Shown here piece by piece: positions 30,265 through 38,916 of a stretch of DNA of 62,714 nt. Made by a program: the position numbers and the translations under genes. The notes under the pieces are model-generated. The model made no database searches and was not told the DNA's origin. It was given only the letters and a program-made list of their open reading frames with translations. Numbering within the stretch: the first letter of the stretch is position 1; each line of letters starts with the position of its first letter. The stretch is from Thermoplasmata archaeon (GTDB lineage: Archaea; Thermoplasmatota; Thermoplasmata; Thermoplasmatales; ARK-15). The stretch lies in NCBI GenBank assembly GCA_023261755.1, contig JAGDXS010000005.1, positions 1 to 62,714 on the forward strand, read 5' to 3'.

Positions 30265-31073
30265 GAGCAGTATGTGTAGTTGGATTGGGTAAAAATAGCA
30301 TAAATTTAGCTAGGAACATCTCTTTAAATTTAAAATTAAATAAATTGTTAATTAGCAATGAGCCGGGTAATGAAAACATATTCATAGAGAAAGAAAAAAT
30401 ATCATTTTTAGAATCTGAAAAGGTAAGTACAGAATACGATGAAATATTTGTAAATATTTTAAATAATTATAAAAATACTGAATTATTCATTGTAATTTCA
30501 GATATGTATGATATTTATTCAATTTCGCTAACAAAGATATTTGGAAGATTTGCCAAAAAATTTCATTTGAACAGTTTGGCTATTCTTTTATTACCATCGG
30601 CATCTGAAATAAATAAGTATGAGAATGCGGAAAAGCAGATTGAAAACTTTAAAGAAAATTATAATTTAATAATAAGGATAGGTAAAGATGGAATATTCAA
30701 GGAATTCAAAGATTTACCAATTAAATTTATTGATAAGGTAGAATATGAAATTACATTATTGCTAATTAAAAACTTAGCAGAAGTATTTTCAATTCAGGAA
30801 ATAATAAATATTTCAAGTGTATCAAAAGAGTTGGGTTTTGGTTTAAGCATCACTGAAAGAATGGATAAACTTGTCGAGGCATTTCAGGAAGCAGAATCAT
30901 CACCCTGGCTAAATAATGGTAAAAATAATTATATAATAAGTTTTAATGGTATTGTTGAATATGGTGATATAACTCAAATAGAGAAAATTATCAAATTCAA
31001 AAATTTTAATATAAAAATAAATAAGAACTTAAATCAAGGTAGGAAAATAGAAATTTTAATTTTAAATTACTAA
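30261..31073 (+). CDS. Highly divergent FtsZ/tubulin-fold protein lacking GTPase motifs
   Basis: Collinear with FtsZ: VVGLG..[63 protein letters not shown]; no GGGTGTG or NxDxxD. Confidence 0.65.
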   Translation: [270 protein letters not shown]

Positions 31074-31173
31074 AAAATTTTTATTTAAAGGAATCCATAC
31101 TGTTTTTAAAAAAATACATTATTAAAATATTTCATAGAAAAAATTATTACCTAGTATTTGATATTTAATATTA

Positions 31174-32019
31174 ATGGAGGACATTTTAGATTTAGGGAAA
31201 ATAAATAGAATTTTGATACCGACTAACAAAAATCCGCTTATGGAAAAGTCTATTGATTATATAACAAATATTTTCCCAGATGCGACCTATTATACAATAG
31301 GTGTTGTAGATATAAGCGGTGAAGCTATTATGCTTTATACGAGCTATTCTTCAGACTATCTTGATATAATGGAATCTCTTGAAAAGGATGCAATAAACGA
31401 GGCAGTCGAATTATTAAAGAAAAAAAATGTTAAAATGGGTGATTCTTGCATTGCTAAGGGATTCCCAGCAAAAACAATTCTAGACTATTCAAAAAAAAAT
31501 AATATTAATTTGATAGTTCTAACAACAAGTTCAAAGCTGGGAACGGAAGGTTTTAAACTTGGATCAACTGTTAAAAGGATAATAGAAAAAAGTAAGATAC
31601 CTACATTATTGATTACACCGGTTTCAAAATGTGGTAAAATTGAAAAAGTATTTAATCCATCAAGTGGGAGTAAATATTCATTTAGGGCAAGCATGCTTTC
31701 TATTAGTTTTGCTAAGCATTTTAATGCTTCAGTAAAAATGTTGCATTTCGGAAAAATAAAAAACCAGAATTTAATAAATACACTGGAAAATTATGCTCAA
31801 TCTTTGGGAGTTAAATTCGAAATAGAAGAATATGAGGGAAATTATCTTCTCAAAAAAATTGTTGATGAAACTGAAAAATATGACATAATGATCGCATCGA
31901 GAGGAAGAAAGGGCTTTTCATATAAGTTTAGATATTTTTCACCAGAATTGGCTTTGGGTAAATTGGAAAAAGAAGTGATCGAACTCTCCAAGATTCCAAT
32001 AATGCTAATAAATGAATAA
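31174..32019 (+). CDS. Universal stress protein with two UspA domains
   Basis: RILIPT, GFPAKTILDY, LGSTVKRIIEKSKIPTLLI; second domain with ASRGRKG...KIPIMLI. Confidence 0.88.
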   Translation: MEDILDLGKINRILIPTNKNPLMEKSIDYITNIFPDATYYTIGVVDISGEAIMLYTSYSSDYLDIMESLEKDAINEAVELLKKKNVKMGDSCIAKGFPAKTILDYSKKNNINLIVLTTSSKLGTEGFKLGSTVKRIIEKSKIPTLLITPVSKCGKIEKVFNPSSGSKYSFRASMLSISFAKHFNASVKMLHFGKIKNQNLINTLENYAQSLGVKFEIEEYEGNYLLKKIVDETEKYDIMIASRGRKGFSYKFRYFSPELALGKLEKEVIELSKIPIMLINE

Positions 32020-32068
32020 TAAAATATTTTAAAAATGTTTTTATAAGTTTTTTATTTTAACATAACAA

Positions 32069-33112
32069 ATGAAAGTTGCCTTTGCCGTCTGTTCACTTGG
32101 TCTTGGTCATGCGTCTCGTTCATTGCCGTTAATAAATGCACTAATTAAAGAAGGCAACGAAGTGACCGTTATTGCACATGGAAGATCAAAAAACTATATT
32201 GAAAAATCTTTGGAAAATATAAATATAATAGATCTGCCTGATTATCCCTTAGAGTATACTAAAACAAGGGCATCATTTTTTCCAAATATAATATTGAAAT
32301 CACCTGCCATTGTTAGCTCTTTCATAGAAGAGCATAAGGAATTTTTAAATCTGCAAAAAAAACATAACTTTGATTTAATAATTTCCGATAACAGGTACGG
32401 TATTTTCGATCCCAATGTCCCTTCTTATATTATTACTCATCAATTGAGAATCATGAATCCGTTCAGGATTAGAACGCTTGAAACATTGAGTATGGTTTAT
32501 AACAATTATGTAAGCAAATTTTTCAGGAAAATTTTTGTACCAGATTTTGAAGATAATTCATTATCTGGAAATTTATCTCATGAGATAAAATTCATAGAGA
32601 AGAATAAAATAAAATACATAGGCCCTTTGTCAAATTTTAGGAAATTGGATATGCCTAAGGATATAGACATACTTTTTACAATATCAGGGCCGGAGCCCCA
32701 GAGAACAATATTTGAAGAAATTATTTTAAGGGAAATAAAAAAATTTGATGGAAAATATTATATTGTTTTAGGAAGGCCTGATAAAAATAAAAATGATGGA
32801 AATATCATTAGTTTCGCTTCACATGAAGAAATGGAAAAACTTTACAACAGGGCTAAGATAATAATTTCCAGGTCAGGATATTCAACTATTATGGACATAT
32901 TTTACATAGGAGGGAAAGCCTTTTTTATACCAACACCATCTCAGCCTGAGCAGGAATACCTAGCTGAGTATCTTTACAATAAAAATGTAAGCGGATATTC
33001 AAAACAGGAAGAGTTTGAATTAAATTTAATAACAACTGAAAATTTCACAGGTTTCGATGGAGGATACAATAAAGAAGATAGTGTAAAAAAATTCATGGAT
33101 GAAGTGATGTAA
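32069..33112 (+). CDS. GT-B glycosyltransferase (GT28/MurG-like)
   Basis: GLGHASR, IISDNRY, ISRSGYSTIMD, PTPSQPEQEYLA. Confidence 0.85.
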   Translation: MKVAFAVCSLGLGHASRSLPLINALIKEGNEVTVIAHGRSKNYIEKSLENINIIDLPDYPLEYTKTRASFFPNIILKSPAIVSSFIEEHKEFLNLQKKHNFDLIISDNRYGIFDPNVPSYIITHQLRIMNPFRIRTLETLSMVYNNYVSKFFRKIFVPDFEDNSLSGNLSHEIKFIEKNKIKYIGPLSNFRKLDMPKDIDILFTISGPEPQRTIFEEIILREIKKFDGKYYIVLGRPDKNKNDGNIISFASHEEMEKLYNRAKIIISRSGYSTIMDIFYIGGKAFFIPTPSQPEQEYLAEYLYNKNVSGYSKQEEFELNLITTENFTGFDGGYNKEDSVKKFMDEVM

Positions 33113-33114
33113 TA

Positions 33115-34119
33115 ATGAAGGGAGGATGGAGTACCAAGGTTCTGATCATTTCCGTTATAATAAGTGTAGTAGTTATAGCAATAATAATTTCAGGAACTTA
33201 TTCAAGTGATACAATTAAAGAGATTCTTTCAATTGACCCAACATTAATTTTGGTGGCATTGGGTCTTCATTTAGTATATTGGTTTTCATGGGCAGGAAGG
33301 ATTAAGGTTCTTGCTAAAAGCTTGAATTATAAAATCACTTATTTTCAATCTTTGAATATAGTAGTTTTGAATGTTTTAGCCGCATCTGTAACGCCATCAA
33401 ATGCAGGGGGTGAACCTGTAAGGATAAAAATGCTAAATGATCTTGGAGTAAGGGGTGGAGATGCAACTGCAATAGTTATTGGTGAAAGGGTCTCCGATGC
33501 AATATTTTTGCTCTCTCTTTTTCCCATATTATTGATATTTTTTAGTTTCATGCTCTCAGGACTACTCGGATATTTGCTTTTCATTGCAGTTATTCTTCTA
33601 GGTTCTCTTTTGTTGATAGTCTTTATAATAGTATGGAAACATAAAAATTTTGAAAAGTTAATAGAAAAATTGGAGCCTCTGGTAAAAATTTTTATCAGAA
33701 AACCTGAGAAAAGATTCAAAATAATGGAGAAATTAAAACAGGAATTCAAATATTTTTATCAGGGTCTGCATATACTGATCATGAGAAGAAAAATAAATTT
33801 TGTAATAGTGATTCTGCTCAGTGCAATATTATGGATTTCAGATTTTATAATTTTCTCAGTTGTTTTACTTGCATTTCATCAAAATCCACTTTGGGCTTAT
33901 TCAATCCTGGCCCAAATTTTCATAGTTCTATTAACAATAATTCCAATTTCACCAGGCGGAAGTGGTATTGTTGAATTAGCAGCAGCATTTCTATATGGCC
34001 CATTTATCCCTAAGGATATAATAGGCGTTGTAATTCTAATTTGGAGATTTATAGTATTCTATTTGAATATTATAATAGGGCTCATTTTCACAATAAGGCA
34101 TGTGGTAAAAAATTATTAG
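33115..34119 (+). CDS. Lysylphosphatidylglycerol-synthase TM region / flippase-like protein (UPF0104)
   Basis: TPSNAGGEPVR, IPISPGGSGIVE, IWRF; multiple TM helices. Confidence 0.85.
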   Translation: MKGGWSTKVLIISVIISVVVIAIIISGTYSSDTIKEILSIDPTLILVALGLHLVYWFSWAGRIKVLAKSLNYKITYFQSLNIVVLNVLAASVTPSNAGGEPVRIKMLNDLGVRGGDATAIVIGERVSDAIFLLSLFPILLIFFSFMLSGLLGYLLFIAVILLGSLLLIVFIIVWKHKNFEKLIEKLEPLVKIFIRKPEKRFKIMEKLKQEFKYFYQGLHILIMRRKINFVIVILLSAILWISDFIIFSVVLLAFHQNPLWAYSILAQIFIVLLTIIPISPGGSGIVELAAAFLYGPFIPKDIIGVVILIWRFIVFYLNIIIGLIFTIRHVVKNY

Positions 34120-34155
34120 TAATTTTTTTATAAAAGTAATCTATTCTATAAAATA

Positions 34156-34335
34156 ATGAAAATTCAAATTTGTCCAGTATGCGGAAGCACAGATATTTAT
34201 TACGAAGCTGGAATGATCACTGGAGAAAAATACAAGTGCAACAATTGCGGTTATGTGGGATCATTCATCCTTGAAATAGAGGAAAAGGATTATGAAGAAT
34301 TTTTAAAAACTATAAAGAATAACCAGCATAAATAG
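34156..34335 (+). CDS. Small Zn-ribbon protein (59 aa; missing from the ORF track)
   Basis: Manual translation MKIQICPVCGSTDIYYEAGMITGEKYKCNNCGYVGSFILEIEEKDYEEFLKTIKNNQHK*; fills the intergenic gap. Confidence 0.8.
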   Translation: MKIQICPVCGSTDIYYEAGMITGEKYKCNNCGYVGSFILEIEEKDYEEFLKTIKNNQHK

Positions 34336-34828
34336 CCTTGATATCCTCATCCAAAAATCTCTTTGAAACATACATTCTTACGCTTTTTTCAAGAGCCTCA
34401 ATAGGTATGTGGCCCGTAATTTTTGCATATGCACCTAAAAGTACCATGTTTGATATCCTGGGATTTGATATCTTTTCTGCTATCTCTGAAGCGTTTATTT
34501 TATAAATATTCTTCAATTCCTCAGGTATGTTTTTTACCATTGTTGAATCTATGATCACATGATCGCTTTTTTTAATTAAATCTATGTACCTGTCAAATGT
34601 TTTTTGGTACATAATGATCATAACATTTGGTTCCGTGATCATTAAATCATAAATGTAATCATCATCAACAATGATATCAGAAGTTGTTACACCTGACCTT
34701 ACTGCTGCAGTATAAGACCTAGTCATAACAACATTCTTTTTAAGTACGGTAGAAAAGGTTTGTGAGAGAATCGTACCTGCTAAAACAACACCTTGACCGG
34801 CCCAGCCACCTATTCTTATCTGAATCAT
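34310..34828 (-). CDS. 2-oxoacid:ferredoxin oxidoreductase gamma subunit
   Basis: IRIGGWAGQGVVLAG, SYTAAVRSG, NMVLLGA. Confidence 0.9.
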   Translation of the reverse strand: MIQIRIGGWAGQGVVLAGTILSQTFSTVLKKNVVMTRSYTAAVRSGVTTSDIIVDDDYIYDLMITEPNVMIIMYQKTFDRYIDLIKKSDHVIIDSTMVKNIPEELKNIYKINASEIAEKISNPRISNMVLLGAYAKITGHIPIEALEKSVRMYVSKRFLDEDIKAIYAGYSL

Positions 34829-35610
34829 TTTCTCACCTTTTCAATAATTTTCTGAAGCTCATCTGTGAGCTCAGGTTTTTCAATATCCACAAATTCACCT
34901 ATTCTGAAAACACCCTTTTCATCAGTTTTGAATTTATCCCTGAACCAATGCAACATCTGTATGTGATCCATGTTCAATATTCTACCTTCATATGTAGGGC
35001 ATTGGGAAATTACCTCTATGAATGAGAAACCCTTTTTCGTTAATCCCTTCTCTATGGATCTTATCAATTGATTCATGTGCCAGGTAGTCCATCTTGCAAC
35101 ATAGGATGCACCTGCTGCTGCAACAACCTCTGAAACATTTAATGCGAATGCTGGATTACCATATGGTGTAGTAACAGTTTTGTATTCATGCTCAGTTGTT
35201 GGTGCAACCTGGCCTCCTGTCATGGCATAAACGCCGTTGTTTACCATGATCACAGTAATGCCAACATTGGACCTTGCAGCATGCAATAAATGGTTGCCAC
35301 CTATGCCCGTGCAATCTCCGTCGCCGCTTACAACAAGAACTTTAAGTTTTGGATTTGCCACCTTTAAACCTGTTGCAAATGCAATAGGCCTTCCATGCGT
35401 TGTATGAAGAGAATCCACCCTGAGATATGGTGATGGTATCCAGGCCGAACAGCCAATGCCTGAAACTGCTGCGATCTCATTTCTAGGTAATTTTAAATGA
35501 TCAATGGCCCTTGCTATCGCATTTAAAATTTGGCCATCGCCACAACCAGGGCAAAAAGCCGAAGGCATTCTCCTTATGTATTCGTTTTTAATATAATTTG
35601 CAGTGATCAT
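34825..35610 (-). CDS. 2-oxoacid:ferredoxin oxidoreductase beta subunit (TPP-binding)
   Basis: FCPGCG, SGIGCS, HGR, GDGD, NNGVYAMTGGQ. Confidence 0.92.
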   Translation of the reverse strand: MITANYIKNEYIRRMPSAFCPGCGDGQILNAIARAIDHLKLPRNEIAAVSGIGCSAWIPSPYLRVDSLHTTHGRPIAFATGLKVANPKLKVLVVSGDGDCTGIGGNHLLHAARSNVGITVIMVNNGVYAMTGGQVAPTTEHEYKTVTTPYGNPAFALNVSEVVAAAGASYVARWTTWHMNQLIRSIEKGLTKKGFSFIEVISQCPTYEGRILNMDHIQMLHWFRDKFKTDEKGVFRIGEFVDIEKPELTDELQKIIEKVRK

Positions 35611-36725
35611 CTTAATTCCTCCTCTATCTTTTTTAATATTTCAGATACAGTATGAACGTTTCCAGTAACCTTTGGAAAATGAACAAATTTTCCTGGAAAC
35701 ATTTTTTCTATTTCCATTGAATAACCTCTCAAGGACATTTCTGGCAGTATTACCTTTTTAATATTTTTTAACTTGGACATCCTGTTTTCAGGTGCTGGCC
35801 ACAAAACTTTTGGCCTGAAATACCCAGCCTTTATTCCCTTTTCCCTTGCCTTAATCACCGCGCCTTTAGCAGGCCTTGATGTTGCCCCGTATGAAATTAC
35901 CAATATTTCTGCATCCTCTGTAAACATCTCCTCCCAGTCCTCAATATCTTTCCTATTTTTGTTAATTTTTTCCACCAACCTTGTAACCAAGCTGGATTGA
36001 ATTTCAGGAGATCCAGTATCTCTTGTTCCATCTGGTTTATGTGTAGATCCTGTTACCATCAGTTCCAAACCATCTCCGAATCTTCCCATGGGTGGAACTA
36101 GATCATCACCATACTTTGTTGCCTCATCAAAAGTTTTTGCATATTTTCTTTCAATTATGTTAATACTTTCAGGAACAACAAGCCTTTCCATCATATGACC
36201 TATTTCAGCATCTGATAATAAAATAACTGGGACCCTGTACCTTTCAGCTAGATTAAAAGATTTAACAGTAAACTCAAACATTTCTTGTACTGAATTTGGA
36301 GACAAAACAATATTTTCATAATCGCCATGTGAACCAAATCTTGATTGCATAACATCACCCTGTGCTGCCCTTGTTGCCTGGCCTATTGATGGCCCAGCTC
36401 TTTGAACATCTATAACAACAATGGGCGTTTCTGTCATAGCAGCATATCCAATATTTTCCTGCATTAAAGAAAATCCTGGGCCTGATGTAGCTGTCATTGA
36501 TTTAATGCCTGCCCATGATGCTCCAATTATAGCCGAAATGGATGCAAGCTCGTCCTCCATCTGTAAAAATTTACCTCCTACCTGTGGCAATAACTCTGCC
36601 ATTGCCTGGGTAATTTCACTTGCTGGAGTGATAGGATAACCAGCAAAGAACTTGCAACCTGCTTTTATGGCACCATATGCGGCTGCCAAATCACCTTCAA
36701 CAAAATATTCACCAGGTTCAATCAT
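35607..36725 (-). CDS. 2-oxoacid:ferredoxin oxidoreductase alpha subunit
   Basis: AGYPITPASE, QMEDE, TATSGPGFSLMQE, QRAGPS. Confidence 0.92.
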   Translation of the reverse strand: MIEPGEYFVEGDLAAAYGAIKAGCKFFAGYPITPASEITQAMAELLPQVGGKFLQMEDELASISAIIGASWAGIKSMTATSGPGFSLMQENIGYAAMTETPIVVIDVQRAGPSIGQATRAAQGDVMQSRFGSHGDYENIVLSPNSVQEMFEFTVKSFNLAERYRVPVILLSDAEIGHMMERLVVPESINIIERKYAKTFDEATKYGDDLVPPMGRFGDGLELMVTGSTHKPDGTRDTGSPEIQSSLVTRLVEKINKNRKDIEDWEEMFTEDAEILVISYGATSRPAKGAVIKAREKGIKAGYFRPKVLWPAPENRMSKLKNIKKVILPEMSLRGYSMEIEKMFPGKFVHFPKVTGNVHTVSEILKKIEEELR

Positions 36726-36934
36726 TTCTCTTTCACCTCAATTGCAAAATCTGGGCAATAAAGTTCGCATAGTCTGCAAACTATGCATGAATCAAGATCC
36801 CTTACCCTTGGATAAAAAAGTGCATATTCATTAACTTCATTTGAACTTTCAAGCGTGTTTTTTGGACAGACATCTACGCATATGCCACATCCTTTACACA
36901 AATTCTTATCTATTTTAATCTCTAAGGCCTTCAT
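36722..36934 (-). CDS. 2-oxoacid:ferredoxin oxidoreductase delta subunit (2x4Fe-4S ferredoxin)
   Basis: CKGCGICVDVCP and CIVCRLCELYCPDFAI; first gene of a delta-alpha-beta-gamma operon. Confidence 0.92.
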   Translation of the reverse strand: MKALEIKIDKNLCKGCGICVDVCPKNTLESSNEVNEYALFYPRVRDLDSCIVCRLCELYCPDFAIEVKEK

Positions 36935-37052
36935 TGTTTAGGTAAATATTTTCAATTATTTAAGTTTAATAAATAAAAATTTTAATTTTTTTATTAAACT
37001 ATTAATTTAAAGATAGAAAAATTTATTAACCAATTGTTGTATTTATGGAACT

Positions 37053-37328
37053 ATGGCATCAGTAATAGTAGTACATAGCTGGGATGATTCCCAAAAAGAG
37101 CAGGTAATGGATTTTGCAAATAGGGTAATGACAATGGCCAAGGAAAAGAAACTGCCTGCAGGATTAAAACTAATAAGTATTGATCTAGCTGAAAACAAAA
37201 ATATGGCAGTATGCCACTGGGAAGTGGACAGCCTGGATCATCTTATGCAGGTAGCCGGTTCTCTAAAACCAACCTGGAAGATAGATGCCTTTGTAGCAAA
37301 AAATGTTTATAAAAAAGGCCTGCTTTAA
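37053..37328 (+). CDS. Small hypothetical protein, possibly a ferredoxin-like alpha+beta barrel
   Basis: 91 aa, TATA-like TTTATTAA upstream, AVCHWEVDSLDHL segment. Confidence 0.65.
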   Translation: MASVIVVHSWDDSQKEQVMDFANRVMTMAKEKKLPAGLKLISIDLAENKNMAVCHWEVDSLDHLMQVAGSLKPTWKIDAFVAKNVYKKGLL

Positions 37329-37348
37329 ACCCCTTTTTCTTTTTTTTT

Positions 37349-37433
37349 GCGGAGGTTACCGAGCCAGGCCAAAGGTGGTGGATTTAGGGTCCACTTCCGA
37401 AGGGATCCGAGGGTTCAAATCCCTCCCTCCGCA
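37349..37433 (+). tRNA. tRNA-Leu (anticodon TAG)
   Basis: GCGGAGG/CCTCCGC acceptor stem, GTGGA-TTTAGGG-TCCAC anticodon arm, long variable arm, GGTTCAAATCC; 85 nt. Confidence 0.95.
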
Positions 37434-37439
37434 TTTTTC

Positions 37440-38366
37440 CTATGTAATTTCTGGCCTATTTTTAACCTGGTTTTTAATGTTCTTTATTTCATAGTAACTT
37501 TTTATCAGGCTCCAAGCTCCTATTATACCAACAACAAATATTACCAGTAAAAAACCAATGTCTATGGCATTAAGATTTGGTATTGAAACTCCTGTGGATA
37601 ATGCAAAATTATCTATTGAAGGTAATAGAATTATCAATAAGCCTATGAATGCAAAAGCCAATCCTCCATAGTATAATGTTCTTCCTGCAGTAGATTTTCC
37701 TATATACTTTATGTCTTCATCACTCATTTTCATTTTTCTTAATAAAGATCCAAATACTGCACCAATTATAATCTGCATTACCATCGTACCCAGACCGAAC
37801 ATTAGACCCGGCAACGGTGAATATATAACGCTAGGTACCTGCGGCGCAAGTACAAAGGTAATTATGGTTGCATAAGCACCAAAACCGAATCCTGCTATAA
37901 GGCCATGAACGATTGTCATTTTTAATGGTATCTCCTTTGGATGAACTTCCTTTGGTGATAATCTTGTTGCATTTTCTGTATGGTGTGCCTTTCCTCCTAA
38001 TAATTTATCAAATGGAAGATGGAAATATTTCCCTCTTAAAACATAAGAACCCGCTATTGCCATTACTATACCTACAACCATGTAAACTGGTCCATCCAAA
38101 TTGTATGTTCTGTATATATATGCAAGGCCAATAAAACCCAAAAATGTTAAAAATGCCCTTTGAAGTGTGAATCCCAAAGAAAATAGAAAGCCTGCCTTCA
38201 TACCACCTTTTGTACTATAGGACCCTATGGCATAGCTGAATGTAATTGGCCAAGTATGCTCATCCGGTGTAATGCCATGTAAAATTCCCAATATGAACGA
38301 TATTACAAGTATTTCCCAAAGGAATAGATTATTTGGTGGATTTAAAAGTAATGATAATATATCCAT
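37440..38366 (-). CDS. Putative transition-metal transporter (NiCoT/RcnA/UreH-like)
   Basis: GILHGITPDEH motif, His-containing loop, VHGLIAGFG, FGLGTM; multiple TM helices; downstream of a DtxR-family gene. Confidence 0.65.
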   Translation of the reverse strand: MDILSLLLNPPNNLFLWEILVISFILGILHGITPDEHTWPITFSYAIGSYSTKGGMKAGFLFSLGFTLQRAFLTFLGFIGLAYIYRTYNLDGPVYMVVGIVMAIAGSYVLRGKYFHLPFDKLLGGKAHHTENATRLSPKEVHPKEIPLKMTIVHGLIAGFGFGAYATIITFVLAPQVPSVIYSPLPGLMFGLGTMVMQIIIGAVFGSLLRKMKMSDEDIKYIGKSTAGRTLYYGGLAFAFIGLLIILLPSIDNFALSTGVSIPNLNAIDIGFLLVIFVVGIIGAWSLIKSYYEIKNIKNQVKNRPEIT

Positions 38367-38372
38367 ATAAAA

Positions 38373-38831
38373 TCACCTCTTGCTTACAAGCTCCAACTTG
38401 CAAAGATCCCTACAATTGTTTTCATGCGGTATTTCTTTACCATGTGGGCAAGTGGATGGATGTCCCATCAATTCACATACTGAATCAATAAAATCTTCTG
38501 TAACATGGTATTCCATTATCTTAGCGCTTTTGCATGAATTTTCCAAATCCAAACCAAGTTTATATAGAAATGTTTCAACTATTCTGTGATTTCTTTTGAT
38601 TGTTCTGACTACTTCCAAACCTTTTTCTGACAACTTTATGTTTCCATTTTTTTTCATGATATATCCCTTTTCCTTTAAATTATTCAAATATTCCTCTGAT
38701 GTTGAAGGCTTCACACTTAAAGCATTTGAAACCTGAGTAACGTTGGGGAACCATCCTTCCTGGGAAAGATCATAAATAATTTGGAGGAAATCCAATTCTC
38801 TTTCGGTAAGACCTAAATTATTTAGATTCAT
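38373..38831 (-). CDS. DtxR/MntR-family metal-dependent transcriptional regulator
   Basis: HTH LSVKPSTSEEYL, RNHRIVETFL, MEYH, PSTCPHGKEIP. Confidence 0.9.
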   Translation of the reverse strand: MNLNNLGLTERELDFLQIIYDLSQEGWFPNVTQVSNALSVKPSTSEEYLNNLKEKGYIMKKNGNIKLSEKGLEVVRTIKRNHRIVETFLYKLGLDLENSCKSAKIMEYHVTEDFIDSVCELMGHPSTCPHGKEIPHENNCRDLCKLELVSKR

Positions 38832-38916
38832 ACGAACCTTTTATACCAACTAATATTTAAACCTTGTTGATGAATTAAAAACAAAATTAATATAAAAAAA
38901 TACATTATTAACAAAC

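Noticed and set aside
34310-36934. Higher GC of the oxidoreductase operon (also sucCD and the AOR gene) as a sign of horizontal transfer
   Set aside because: Explained by Gly/Ala/Pro-rich conserved enzymes; no mobility features at the borders.
38813-38825. CTAAAT-T-ATTTAG palindrome as a DtxR operator
   Set aside because: Only 6-bp AT-rich arms, inside the coding region, and in the opposite orientation to the TTAGG...CCTAA DtxR-type box.
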